Below, piece by piece: positions 35,525-47,828 of a stretch of DNA of 64,000 bases (position 1 is its first letter; every line of letters begins with the position of its first letter). Both the position numbers and the translations under genes were made by a program. This stretch comes from Elsinoe ampelina (Eukaryota). A model generated the notes under the pieces. The model saw only the letters and a list, made by a program, of their open reading frames with translations. It made no database searches and was not told the origin of the DNA. Location of the stretch: assembly GCA_010093995.1 (NCBI GenBank), contig ML992501.1, positions 2,421,320 to 2,485,319 of the forward strand, read 5' to 3'.

Positions 35525-36627
35525 CTATGGTCCTCTCTGAGTCCCTCCCTGTGTTCCTCCCTGTGTTCCTCCCTGTGTTCCTCCCTGTGTTCCTCCCTGT
35601 GTTCCTCCCTGTGTTCCTCCCTGTGTTCCTCCCTGTGTNNNNNNNNNNNNNNNNNNNNNNNNNNNNNNNNNNNNNNNNNNNNNNNNNNNNNNNNNNNNNN
35701 NNNNNNNNNNNNNNNNNNNNNNNNNNNNNNNNNNNNNNCCTGTGTTCCTCCCTGTGTTCCTCCCTGTGTTCCTCCCTGTGTTCCTCCCTGTGTTCCTCCC
35801 TGTGTTCCTCCCTGTGTTCCTCCCTGTGTTCCTTCCTGTGTTCCTCCCTGTGTTCCTCCCTGTGTTCCTCCTTGTGCACCTTGTCCCCGAGGAGGCCCCC
35901 TTTGAGTGCCTCCAAATTTGCGTCTGCCGAATGACCCTCCCGGAGGATCGATGAGCTTCCCGCTTGGGTCACCAGTGTAAAGTGGGATCTGCCCTTCGTA
36001 ACGTAGCTTTGAAAACACTTCATGGGGTTCCAGACCCTTCAGATCCGAATACAATGTCTTCAACGATGTAGCCACAACTTGTGACCAACCGAGATAAGCG
36101 CCCCTCTCAGCTATGCTCTCGCTCCAATATCCATCCACAGCTTTGACTACAACCGCTTCCGAGCCTATGATGAGGTCCCAATTCTCCATGGTCGCCTCGG
36201 GAGACTCCAGTATCGAGGTCAGACTTTCTTCGTCAATCACAAGACATACCGCATTGCTGAACATAGTAGGAAGCTCCGGATCATCATGCTCGTCAACCCA
36301 TGCTCGGAACTTGTCCCGCACAGTAGCTTCGACAATATGGTCCAGCGTTTGTTCGTCTTGTTGTACGTGTAGATCGAGCTTTTCTTCGATAATTTGTTCT
36401 GGTTCGGGGTCTAGAGAAGGGTCTAAATGGCGGCTACGCTTGAAGGTGATCACCATAAGTGTTCGAAGCTTATTGATTGCTTCTTGCCATCTTGCGTCCG
36501 ATTCAGGCGTATACACTGTCCGATAGACCACGTAGCCCCATCTCTTCCCCCGGCGTTGTAGTTGGGACTCTTTAATAAACCTGACGCTGGGTCGATTTTC
36601 TGACCACCAGGCGGGGATGCTTGCCAT
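35525..36627 (-). CDS. Hypothetical fungal protein with a C-terminal (GGTQ)n repeat; spans an assembly gap
   Basis: WGYVVYRTVY...W and CLVIDEESL.SI motifs. Keeping the GGTQ frame across the 100-N gap ends ...GGTQRGP* at 35525. Confidence 0.7.
35546..35870. repeat. 12-bp coding minisatellite (CCCTGTGTTCCT)n with an unsized gap at 35639-35738
   Basis: Near-perfect 12-mers on both sides of the N run. Confidence 0.95.
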
Positions 36628-36827
36628 GGACTCAGTCGTATAGATTGCTATGCGACAAGATGCGTTGACGTGAAGTATAGTTGCACCGTGAAGATTTTGA
36701 CTCCAATTTGTAGTGCGAGAGCACGGTGTGGTTTGTTGATGCCAACTGTGCAGGACGCCTTGCCGCCTCCCAAGCCGATAATTTCCCTCGGTACCAGAAT
36801 TCCTTCATGGTCATTTCTCAGCTCGAC

Positions 36828-37391
36828 CTAAAGCAAATCAAAATCATCCAGCTTGTCACGATACTTCAGGATATTCCTCTTGATCTTCGACGAGTCCACC
36901 CAAGTCACAAAGTCTTCCAAGTTCCTCGTCACCAAGAACGCCGGGTCTGTCACCACTTCTGTCCCTACCCTCACGTGCCCCTGTTCGATGAATTTGTTTG
37001 CAGCACTGACCGTCTCCGCCATCCTCAGTCTCGTCATCAACACCCCCAATCGTCTTCTGCAGAACGCGGACACAGTGACTTTGTGCTCGACGTCGCTTAG
37101 TTTGCCCTTGCCCCCACCTCCGGTGCCCAAGATGCCGATATCCCATAGCTTTTCCATGAGTAGATCTTCTTGTTTTCGACGAAATGCAGATTCTGGTGGT
37201 AGGAGGGAGAGGCGGTGTGCGAGGTGTCGTAGCTTGCCGCATAATCTGTTGTATGAGGTGTAGTCTGCTGGGTTGCTGACGGAGTATCGGCGGAGGACTG
37301 CTGATGCTCGGTGTTGCTCGTCTTTGGGATAGTTGACAAAGTCGACTTTGCGGAGGAGCCGCTGCTCATGGTGCTTGAGTTTGCGAACCAT
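36828..37391 (-). CDS. IMP3: U3 snoRNP protein Imp3 (S4 domain)
   Basis: [18 protein letters not shown]...[11 protein letters not shown]...EQGHVRVG...[22 protein letters not shown]. Confidence 0.97.
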   Translation of the reverse strand: MVRKLKHHEQRLLRKVDFVNYPKDEQHRASAVLRRYSVSNPADYTSYNRLCGKLRHLAHRLSLLPPESAFRRKQEDLLMEKLWDIGILGTGGGGKGKLSDVEHKVTVSAFCRRRLGVLMTRLRMAETVSAANKFIEQGHVRVGTEVVTDPAFLVTRNLEDFVTWVDSSKIKRNILKYRDKLDDFDLL

Positions 37392-37399
37392 TCCAGCGA

Positions 37400-37549
37400 T
37401 GAGTCAAAGTATTGAAAGTCGAGAATTGCTTGAAGTCGAAAGACATGTTAGACTGTGAGAGACGGTCTCTTGAAATTTTTGGACGAGTCATGCTTTTCTC
37501 CGCCATGACTCAAGCAAGAATAATTTCATGGCGGCGGGGCATTGACTCA
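37400..37549. promoter_or_regulatory. Cluster of Gcn4/CpcA sites in the IMP3-HIS7 divergent promoter
   Basis: TGAGTCA at 37400, GAGTCA at 37485, TGACTCA at 37506 and 37543; RRPE-like TGAAATTTTT at 37471. Confidence 0.75.
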
Positions 37550-37623
37550 CCACCGCAGTGTGTCCTGACATTGGAATCTAGGATCGCCCTGAGTATGGCT
37601 TGAAAGAAATCAGGAATACCGTC

Positions 37624-39335
37624 ATGCCGACTGTACACCTCCTCGACTATGTTGCGGGCAACATTCGCTCCCTGGTAAATGCCATTGAAAGGGTGGGGTA
37701 CCAGGTTGAGTGGGTGAAGAGCCCAGAAGACGTTCAAAAAGCAGAGGTAGGCCGGGCATGGCTGCTATGTGCTTGCTAGCTGATTACTGACAGATCATGT
37801 AGAGATTGATCATTCCCGGAGTCGGGCACTTTGGCCACTGCTTATCACAACTTGCCAAAGCTGGCTATGTCGAACCTATCAAAGCACATATTGCTGCTGG
37901 TAAACCATTCATGGGCATATGTGTAGGTCTTCAGGCTTTGTTCGAAGGTTCATCAGAAAGCCTGGATGTTCCCGGGCTGGGTGTCATTCCAGTGAAGCTG
38001 CAGAGATTCAACGATACCTCCAAATCAGTCCCACACATCGGCTGGAACTCTGCCAACCCAGCAACATCTTCGAACATATCCTCGGACCAGAGTCTGTACG
38101 GCCTTCGACCAGATAGCAAGTACTACTACGTTCATTCGTACTTTGCTCCTTACACGCCTGACCAGCTCGAATCGGCTGGATGGTCGATAGCCACGGCACA
38201 GTATGGCGATGAGACCTTCATTGGTGCAGTCGCCAAAGACAACATCCTTGCCACCCAGTTCCACCCCGAGAAGAGTGGTGCTGCTGGTCTCCGAGTCCTC
38301 AAAGCCTTCCTCTCATCACAACGCCTCTCTTCCCTCGCAGCATCAGACGCAGCATCCTCCAGTCCAGGCCTGACCCGCCGCATCATCGCCTGCCTTGACG
38401 TCCGTACCAACGACTCCGGCGACCTCGTCGTCACAAAGGGCGATCAATACGACGTCCGCGAAAAGTCCTCGAAGTCCGTCCGTAACCTTGGCAAACCCGT
38501 CGAGCTCGCCCAGCGCTACTACCAACAAGGCGCCGACGAAGTCACCTTTCTCAACATCACTTCCTTCCGGGACACCCCGATCCGTGACCAGCCCATGCTT
38601 GAAATCCTCCGCCAAACATCCACCACCGTCTTCGTCCCCCTCACCATCGGCGGCGGCATCCGCGACACCGTCGACCCCGAAACCAATGCCACTGTACCAG
38701 CCCTCGAAGTTGCGACACTCTATTTCAAATCCGGCGCGGACAAAGTCAGCATCGGCTCAGACGCTGTGGTGGCAGCACAGGAGTACTACACGAACAAGCA
38801 GATCAAGACAGGCAAGACAGCCATCGAAACCATCAGCCAAGCCTACGGGAATCAAGCCGTCGTTGTCTCCGTCGACCCGAAGAGAGTATGGGTGCAGACC
38901 CGCGAAGAAGCCGGGAGCCACGAAGTCATCTCCACCCGCGAGCCAGGGCCGAAAGGCGAGCGATTTGCGTGGTACGCATGCACCATCCACGGCGGACGGA
39001 CCACCACCGACCTCGACGTGATCCAGCTCGTCAAAGCCGTAGAGGACCTCGGTGCAGGTGAGATCCTGCTGAACTGCATCGACAAGGACGGGACGAACAG
39101 CGGATTCGATCTCGAGCTTGTGCGCAGCGTAAAAGCCGCGATCAAGATCCCTGTGATCGCGAGTTCAGGGGCAGGCAACGCGGGGCATTTCAAGGAAGTT
39201 TTCGAGGAGACATCTGTCGATGCCGCTCTCGGAGCAGGCATGTTCCACCGAGGAGAGTGGACAGTCCGACAAGTCAAGGAAGAGCTGGGCAAAGACGGGC
39301 TTCTAGTGAGGAAGTTCGAGGAAGAAGATTATTGA
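37624..39335 (+). CDS. HIS7: Bifunctional imidazole glycerol phosphate synthase HisHF
   Basis: [11 protein letters not shown], intron 37747-37802, [23 protein letters not shown] and [10 protein letters not shown] motifs. Confidence 0.97.
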
Positions 39336-39421
39336 TTACACATTGATATCATAGAATGTACATGGAAATTTACACGCCCCTCATCTCCACCAACACCCTG
39401 GCATCTTGTCCCCCCCGAGTC

Positions 39422-42400
39422 CTATGACCCCCCCAACCCCTCCAACCCCATCCCCTGCAACTTCAGCGGCAAACACCCCTCCACCACACCCCCCGTGAGC
39501 ACAGTCTGCAACCCCTTACCCTCCAAAACCCCCGACCCCACCGTCGTATTGCCATACAAATACAACTTCGTAATACTGCTCCCCACATAATTACACCCCG
39601 CGAAGAAACTGGTCCTGCCCGACGAATCCACCGCGACCAACGTATTCGTCCCATCCGGCATGCCAACGGGCGTGACGAACAACAAATTCGCCGACTTCGG
39701 CACGTGGGTAGCGTTCACGGCTCGGATGCGCGATGCGCCGTACAGGGCCATCTCGTCGGGGTAGTACACCAGGTAGCGCCCTTGGCGATCCACGGAGATT
39801 AGGCCATTGGTGGCGATGAAGCTGTTCGCGGACGTCGAGGAGGACTCGGAGAGGTAGAGGTTCCCATCGGGCCCCGTGGTGAGGAACAAGGTGGTGGAGC
39901 CGGGGAGGGAGAGGGTGATGGAGACGAAGCTCGGGTTGATCGTGGTGGGGTCGGCGCGGGGGGCGAGGGAGCGCTTGTTGAGGCTGTCCGAGGCGAGGAA
40001 GGCCGAGTCGACTTGGTAGGTGAGTGTGGAGTTGGCGGTGGCGGATGTCATGGCTGTTTTGCCGCGGCAGACGGGCGTGGAGAGGGTCCCGTTGTAGCTG
40101 AAGGAGATACCACGGCAGGAGTTGTTGAGGTCGCAGGCGGCCATGCAGGAGGTCATGTTGGGGGTGTTGGGGAAGATACCGAGGTCGCCCGCTGGCTGGT
40201 AGTCGAAACCGCAGAGGATTTTGTAAGAGACGCCGTTGCTGTTGCGATAGAACGTGCCGTTGGCTTGTGGGCACTGTGGAGTTTGGCGCGCTACGCAGGA
40301 CGTGCCTATCGCTCTTTCGGCTCCGTAGGCTGTGATGGTCGTTGGGAACGGACCACGTCCACGATCCTGAGTGTTGCTCAGGTAGCAGGTCCCGTTGGCA
40401 CCGTTCTTTACCCAGACCGCTGCTAGACACTCCTTGCCGGTACCATAAGTGGAGCACAAGTTGATGCAGTCGCGCATAGTAGTCGTGGTCGTGAACCCCA
40501 GGCCGCCCCAGTAGTTTTGGGTGTCGGAAAGTCTCCATAGCTGTCCATCGGGCGAAACATATGTGTAATTATTGTTGCTACCAACGCATGTAGGGGACGG
40601 AGTCTCTGAAGTAGTGGTGGTTGAGGAGGTAGAAGTTGTCAAGCTTGTAGAACCTGTGTTGGTTGAGGAGGTAGAAGTTGTCAAGCTTGTAGAACCAGTC
40701 GTCATGGCTGTGCTCGTGCTAGGAGGCGACGACGGCAATGAGTATGTTGTGATCACCGACGTTGACGTGGAAATTAGAGCAGTGGAGGTCGATATTGATG
40801 ACGCTTGGAATATCGAGGTGCTGGAACTGGTCGTGGTCGGACTGGACATTGACTTTGATGTTGAAGTGGGGCTTGAAGCGCTGGAACTGGTCGTGGTCGG
40901 ACTGGACATTGGCTTTGACGTTGAAGTTGGGCTTGAAGAACTGTAAGTACTGGGACTGCTTGGTAGATTGGTCATAGTTGTAGTCGGAAGCCTCGAGATC
41001 GTGGTCATAGTAGCTGTGGCAGACAGACTTGTGGTAGTCGCCGTACTCGTCACGGTCGTCGTAGAAGGTCTCAAAGTAGTTATAGACGTAGTAGTGGGCG
41101 AGGAAGACGATAGGCCAGTCGCGAGACAAGTAGCTGGTATACCAGTGCGAGTTTGTGTTACTCCTGAAAATGATGAACTAAAGAAGGGGGAGTCCGAGAC
41201 CACGGCGGCCATTGACCACACCCTGCCAGAGCATGCAGGTGCTGACGAGACGGGCTGAGCTTGAATCATTTGGACATCCTCGAAATAGGCTATTGAACTG
41301 CCGTAACCGTCGTAGGATAGTGTAGATCTGACCTTGGCCTTGAAAGATCCCGTCACATTTGAGTAAGTCCTCAGACGAAAGTCGGTAGTCGACCAGCCGT
41401 TAAAGTCGTTCAGGCTGGTGGTGGTCACCCTCCTCCTGTCGGCTCCATACCCAATAAGGCGAGTACTTTCCATCCACCAGGTCTTAAAAGCGGCGTAATT
41501 CATGGTCGTACCGAAGACGACCTGACCGGGCGTCGCGATTGACATGTCGAGGTCGATATCAATCTTGAGCTTCGGTGCAAGCAGATACGAATGGGGGAAT
41601 GCCCACGTTTGTAGGCCAATCGTCACTGTTGGAATCTTCACCGTGAAAGTCTTGTTGCGAGTGAAAGCATTCACGCCGAACGTGAAGTTGTAAGAGAGTG
41701 GCCCGTCGAGATTGAGTGTCAATTGAGTGCTCTCTCCTAAGAACGACTCGCCAGCTACTCGGAATTTACCTGTCGCAGCGCAGTCGACACAGAAGACCTG
41801 TGTGCCAGATGTGATATTACTGTAGTCCGAGCCAGGCGCCAGATCTTTCCTGATGTTCAAGAGTTGAGTCTGAAGCCCGGCATCTCTAGTCGAATCTGTT
41901 GAGGAATACAACAGAACTTGGTTGCCCCAGGGCGAAGATGCCAAAGTCGAGCCTGTAATATTGTTTAGCCGAGTATCCACGTTTAGATAGCCCGTGGTAT
42001 AGTCGTGGTCCCCAAAGATGTCAAACTACAAGCGTTAGTCCCGTCTCTCGGGCAGCCATGGCAACCTAACTTACCTTGACCGGCATAGAGATATCGCTTG
42101 GCACGGCAGGCAATCTGGAGAGGTCCAGGGAGAATGGTGAGACTCCACCTAGGACTGTGTTGAGTGATGTCATTTGTGAGGCGCCAAGTGAGCCAAAGTC
42201 GAAGGTAGGAAAGGTTGGGGGTGTGAAGCGAGGCAGCCACGATGTGTCGATGGTTGGAAAGCTGAATGTGGGTATGGTGATCGTAAACATAGAGGGGTCG
42301 AACCGCATGACGGGCGTTTTCATATTCGTTGTCCTGGTTGGGGCAATTTTAGCCAACAGCGCAGAAGAATCGGTTGTCGTCTCGTCGATGTATCCGATGA

Positions 42401-43637
42401 CGGCGTCCAACTCTGCATCGAAGTTACTGCCACACGGCCTCGCGAGTGGTGATCTGACCGCAGATACATCGCAGTCATAACTGCTTGCGTTCGAGCTGAC
42501 AAATGTGTCTGGTGGTGGAGATCCTGTGACGTCGAATGTCATGCTCGAATTGACGATTGAGTCCGTCCAGGAAGTCGTCGTGCCACTGACCTGGGCGAGC
42601 ATCGATCCAAAAACGAAGGACTGCGCAAGGAGGATGTATTCCGTACCGTTCAACGGACAGCTCGAAGAAGTTGTGATGAGCAGCAACGGTATCTGAGCGG
42701 GCCAGTCCTTCTTGGACACGCCAAAGGCAGCATCGTCATTGAAGCGGATTGTCATGCCGCCACTATCGCAAGTGACATCCGACACAAATGCACTATGATC
42801 GAGCATCACACTTGGGTACTTGAATGTCGCATTCATTTGAAGTTTCGTGCCGGCGACAGCTGCGTCTGGGGAGCCTGCACCACCGTAGGAGAAGGAATTA
42901 CCCTCAGCCGGCTCAAGATTTGACAAAGCGTTGGGGTCCATGCCTGGAGGTGTAAGAGCTGCAAAAGCAATCGAGGTCTTGGCAGCAACGCTGATCGCCT
43001 CCAAGGTCTGTTGAGATGCTTGCATTGCGGTGGTCGACATGACAGCGACGGTCGTGGTCGAAGATGTGCTTCCCGATGTCTTAGGTTGGGCTGATTTGGA
43101 TGTCACCTCTGAAGGCTTTGTTCTGGTGGTTGTCGATGACATGGTGGTGGCTACCGCAGAGCTGAGTATCGATGGAGTCTTTGCAGCACATTTGCAGATG
43201 CTCGATATCTTGGCTGCCGGTACTTGGGGAACTGGAGCACCGTCTCTGCTGCGTCTCATCCAAAACGAGCAGAATGCCTTGGGGCTGTTGAAACCATTGC
43301 GCAGGGCGATCGCAGCAGGATCGTTCCTAGAGCACTTTCCGGAGGGCTGAGCAGTAGGACGAGCCGTACCCTTAGATGCTGTGACAAAGCCGGGGTGGGC
43401 ACGAAGGCAGACGCATGCCTTGGTGACGGCTTCTGCAGAAAGCCGTGGAAAGGGCGAATACCTTCTCGTTGCAGTAGTATCGAGCCAGAAGCGGCAAAAG
43501 CCGGTGGGGTTGCTGACTTCATCGCGCAAGGTGACCAGTGCCGGCAGATTTTTAGAGCACTGTGATGCTGCGTGAACGCTGGTCGCTGCAAGTAACAGGC
43601 ACAAGGCCCTCGTGAGGAAGAGAACGAATTGAAACAT
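39422..43637 (-). CDS. Large (~1388 aa) secreted modular protein: two Cys-rich N-terminal repeats, beta-rich region, S/T stalk and two PAN/apple-like domains
   Basis: Signal peptide MFQFVLFL..VHA. Intron 42026-42074 (GTAAGT..CTAAC..TAG) joins the 537- and 852-aa ORFs in frame. C...C......C...CY/CR apple-type spacing. Confidence 0.82.
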
Positions 43638-44591
43638 GTCAACGCGCAGGCAAATGTGGCAGACTGTGTCGCCTGACAAGCCACACTATTTATGTTTAGC
43701 CATAATCTAACCCACCTCCACGAGATCGATCAAATAGATTAAGTCGTTTCCCTTGCGAAAGTGTACACACCGGATAGACTGCACGGCCTGTCGGATTCCA
43801 ACGTGCTGTGTCTGGAAGTCATATGAGAAGGCCGCTCGCGAACGAAACTGTTACAAGTTCACGGCTTCATTGAGGCTTGTGACAAGGTGGAGATGGAGCT
43901 GCCAACGGTCGAGAACGACGGTTGAACAGAGCTCCTGCTGCGCGAGTCGATGGACGACCCAGAACGTACAAATAAAACCAGTCATCGGTCAGCGTGCTGC
44001 TGTAGCCGATATGTGTCTGATAGTTGGTGCACGAGGGTCTGTTGTGAACCGGTATTAGAACCGCATAGGTGTGGCTTGCCCGCGTATGGCCCCGGGCTAC
44101 AGAGTCCCTCTAGTCTTCTGCCCATGCTGGATTATTAGACAGAGCCATAAGGGTCTGGACAGCTTGCAAATATTGGAAGAAATGATGCTAAAGGTTGTAA
44201 AGACAGAACTTGTGTGATTAAATGTTGGCTCGCGTGCGGGACAGATGCATTACCTCTGCATCGAATATCTGCGGGCGAAAGCGGACGGGCGGGTGTAAAC
44301 CATGTTCGATCCTTGCACTGATGTTGATTTCGACGACGGAGAAGCTGATGATAAGCGAAGATGCGAGTGCAACATGAGAAGGAAAGCTGTGAGGTGCGAG
44401 ATGTGAGATATTGGCAAATGAAGGAGACAACGGATACACGGTCCGATCTCCCAAAGCTCGCCCGCCAGAGCCGCAAAAACTTGATAGAGCTGTGCAACTT
44501 GACAAGCAAACAAGCGGACCAGCATGAGGTCGCGCTGAAGGAAGACGCTATCAGCAGCTACCTGCAGCTCTATCCTGCCTGATCATCTGAC

Positions 44592-47500
44592 ATGGATCTC
44601 TCAGTCTACGTGTCGGACAACCTGATCAAGTTGGTCGGGGAGTCGGACCCCATGATCAACGAATTTGTGCTCTCGACCGCAAAGTCGGCTAAATCGTCGT
44701 CGCAACTGTTTGAGAAGCTGTCGGCCATGATCGATACTCAAGAGAGTGACCTCAGAAAGTTCAGCGATCATCTTTACAATCAAATACCACGATCCTCGGA
44801 GAAGAGCAAACCGAAATCGAACGGGACGACTCATGAGGCGAAGGAGTCGAAGAAGCGCTACGCACTTGTTGATATGGGAGAGGACGTGGCGCCCGAGCCT
44901 GTGTCTTCGCGCAAGTCAGAGAGGAATGGCGACAGCGAACGGCGACGCAGGAAGGACAGAGACGAGAGGCCGAAAGAGAAGAAGCTCAGGCAGCGCAAGG
45001 AGACCTTCGACGACAGATGGGGCGATGAAGAGGAGCAAGATGATGAGGAAGAATTCAAGACGTCGGCGCCAAAGCGTGTGCGTCTCGAGAATGGCGACGC
45101 CTCACCTAGAGACGCAGATGGTGAGCCAGCGGATCTCGAGAACGAAGAGGAGCGAGACCGACGAGAACGAATCGAATTCGAAAAACGTCTACGGGACAAG
45201 GACAATAAGAACACAAAGCAGGTGGCTGGTACGAAGTCAAGCAAGGAGGACAAGGAGGCAGCGAGACGAAGAGAATTGGCCGACGACAAGGAGCAGCGCG
45301 AGCGAGAATTGCAAGACATTCGACTACGCTCGAGGGAGGATTACCTCAAGAAGCGAGAGGCACAACAACTGGCTCTACTCAGGAAGCAGGTCGCGGAGCA
45401 AGACGATGAGGAGCGTAACAATCCTGCCCTGACCCAGGCGGAAAAGGACAGGTTCGCTCTAGATCGAGAAACGCTACGCCTTGCGGAAGAACGACTAGGT
45501 ATTGACGATCATGTCGGAGGGTACGCTATGCCGGAAGACTATATCACGGAGAAGGGGAAGATGGACATGAAACGGAAGAAAGATGCTCTGTACAGTCGCT
45601 ACATCGACCGGGATGATCAAGGCCGCGAGCGCTATGTCACAGAACACGAAGAGTGGGAGAAGGAGCAGCTGGCGAAGACTCGTGCTCAGATCCAAGTATC
45701 GGATCGGGTTAACGAGGGAGACTATGAATATGTCTTTGACGAGGCTCAGCAAATACAATGGGTGACTGACAGGGCAATGGCTGGAACACTGGACGAGCAG
45801 ACGGCTGAGCAGAGAATGATGGCCGAGCAGCTCATGGCTGCAGAAAGAAAAGCCAAAACGATAGAGGAGAAGCGAAAGTCGTTACCAGTGTACCTGTACC
45901 GCGATCAATTCCTCCAAGCAATCGACAAATATCAGATTCTGATCGTTGTTGGCGAGACGGGATCAGGCAAAACCACGCAGCTTCCTCAATACCTCCACGA
46001 GCATGGGTATACGAAAAATGGTCAAATGGTCGGATGTACGCAACCGCGTCGTGTCGCCGCAATGAGTGTCGCAGCTCGTGTAGCTGAAGAGATGGGTGTC
46101 AAGCTTGGAAACGAGGTCGGATACTCTATCAGGTTCGAAAACAACACCAGCGACAAGACCAAGCTGAAGTATTTGACCGATGGTATGCTGCTACGAGAGT
46201 TTCTCACAGAGCCTGATCTGGGAGCTTACTCTGCCATGATGATCGACGAAGCCCACGAACGTACCCTTCATACGGATATCCTCTTTGGGCTCCTCAAGGA
46301 TATAGCTCGTGGTAGGCCTGATCTAAAGCTGCTCATCAGTTCGGCTACTTTGGACGCTCAAAAGTTCTCGGCTTTCTTCGACGATGCACCAATCTTGAAC
46401 ATACCCGGACGAACCTTTAGCGTTGACATGAATTATTCTATGCAGCCGGAAGCCAATTACTTGTCAGCAGCCATCACCACTGTCTTTCAAATCCACCTGT
46501 CGCAGCCGCTACCAGGAGATATCTTGGTCTTCCTGACAGGACAGGATGAGATTGAACAAGCTCAAGAATCCCTCGAACAGACAGCACGCAAACTCGGTTC
46601 AGCCATGAAAGAGCTCATGATCTGTCCCATCTACGCCAACCTCCCCACCGACCTTCAGAACAAGATATTCGAAACCACTCCTCCCGGCGTCCGCAAAGTC
46701 GTCCTCGCTACCAACATTGCCGAGACCTCCCTCACCATCGACAATATCGTCTACGTAATCGACCCCGGCTACGTCAAAGAAAACCGCTACACCCCAGCCA
46801 CCAACATGGAATCCCTCGTCGCAGTCCCCATCTCCCGCGCCTCCGCCAACCAACGCGCCGGCCGCGCCGGCCGCACGGGACCAGGCAAAGCCTTCCGGCT
46901 CTTCACCAAATGGGCCTACTACAACGACCTCCCCGAATCCACCACCCCGGAAATCCAACGCACAAACCTCACCTCGGTCGTCCTCCTCCTCAAATCCCTC
47001 GGCATCAACGACCTCATCAACTTCGACTTCATGGACCCCCCCTCACCGGACATGCTCATCCGCAGCCTCGAACAACTCTACGCCCTCGGCGCCCTCAACG
47101 ACAAGGGCGAGTTGACCAAAATCGGGCGCCAAATGGCCGAATTCCCCACGGACCCCATGCTGGCCAAGGCCGTCCTCGCGGCCGACAGGGAAGGCTGCGT
47201 CGAAGAAGTCCTCTCCACCATCGCCATGCTGGGCGAAGCATCGGCCCTGTTCCACCGGCCCAAAGACAAGAAACTCCAGGCCGACGCGGCCCGCGCGCGC
47301 TTCACGGTCAAAGAAGGCGGCGACCACGCCACCTACCTCAACATCTGGGATCAGTGGGTCGATTCGGATTTCAGCTTCGTCTGGGCGAGGGAAAATTTCC
47401 TCCAGCAGCGCAGTCTGACGAGGGCGAGGGACGTGAGGGATCAGCTTGCCAAGCTGTGCGAGAGGGTCGAGGTGCGGTTGAGTTCGTGCGGGAGTGGCAA

Positions 47501-47828
47501 TTTGGCGCCCGTGCAGAGGAGTTTGACGGCGGGGTTTTTCCCCAATGCGGCGAGGTTGCAGAGGGGGGGGGACTCGTATCGGACGGTGAAGAATAATTTG
47601 ACGGTGCATTTGCATCCGAGCTCGGTTTTGTTGGAGAGTAAGCCCAAGTGGGTTATATTCTACGAGTTGGTGTTGACGAGTAAGGAGTTTATGAGGAGTG
47701 TTATGCCTATAAAGCCCGAGTGGTTGAATGAGGTGGCGCCGCATTATTATACAAAGGAGGCGGTCGAGGCGCTTGGAGTGGATAAGAAGATGCCAAAGGG
47801 CAAGGGGATGGGGGAGAGCAGATTGTAG
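44592..47828 (+). CDS. PRP2: DEAH-box splicing helicase Prp2/Cdc28/DHX16
   Basis: GETGSGKTTQ, DEAHER, SAT and QRAGRAGR motifs; PWI-like N-terminus and DHX16-type Y.MPEDY linker. Confidence 0.93.
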   Translation: MDLSVYVSDNLIKLVGESDPMINEFVLSTAKSAKSSSQLFEKLSAMIDTQESDLRKFSDHLYNQIPRSSEKSKPKSNGTTHEAKESKKRYALVDMGEDVAPEPVSSRKSERNGDSERRRRKDRDERPKEKKLRQRKETFDDRWGDEEEQDDEEEFKTSAPKRVRLENGDASPRDADGEPADLENEEERDRRERIEFEKRLRDKDNKNTKQVAGTKSSKEDKEAARRRELADDKEQRERELQDIRLRSREDYLKKREAQQLALLRKQVAEQDDEERNNPALTQAEKDRFALDRETLRLAEERLGIDDHVGGYAMPEDYITEKGKMDMKRKKDALYSRYIDRDDQGRERYVTEHEEWEKEQLAKTRAQIQVSDRVNEGDYEYVFDEAQQIQWVTDRAMAGTLDEQTAEQRMMAEQLMAAERKAKTIEEKRKSLPVYLYRDQFLQAIDKYQILIVVGETGSGKTTQLPQYLHEHGYTKNGQMVGCTQPRRVAAMSVAARVAEEMGVKLGNEVGYSIRFENNTSDKTKLKYLTDGMLLREFLTEPDLGAYSAMMIDEAHERTLHTDILFGLLKDIARGRPDLKLLISSATLDAQKFSAFFDDAPILNIPGRTFSVDMNYSMQPEANYLSAAITTVFQIHLSQPLPGDILVFLTGQDEIEQAQESLEQTARKLGSAMKELMICPIYANLPTDLQNKIFETTPPGVRKVVLATNIAETSLTIDNIVYVIDPGYVKENRYTPATNMESLVAVPISRASANQRAGRAGRTGPGKAFRLFTKWAYYNDLPESTTPEIQRTNLTSVVLLLKSLGINDLINFDFMDPPSPDMLIRSLEQLYALGALNDKGELTKIGRQMAEFPTDPMLAKAVLAADREGCVEEVLSTIAMLGEASALFHRPKDKKLQADAARARFTVKEGGDHATYLNIWDQWVDSDFSFVWARENFLQQRSLTRARDVRDQLAKLCERVEVRLSSCGSGNLAPVQRSLTAGFFPNAARLQRGGDSYRTVKNNLTVHLHPSSVLLESKPKWVIFYELVLTSKEFMRSVMPIKPEWLNEVAPHYYTKEAVEALGVDKKMPKGKGMGESRL

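Noticed and set aside
35470..36023. HREE, VFLP and CSSL repeat ORFs
   Set aside because: These are alternative frames of the 12-bp minisatellite, and frame across the N gap is arbitrary.
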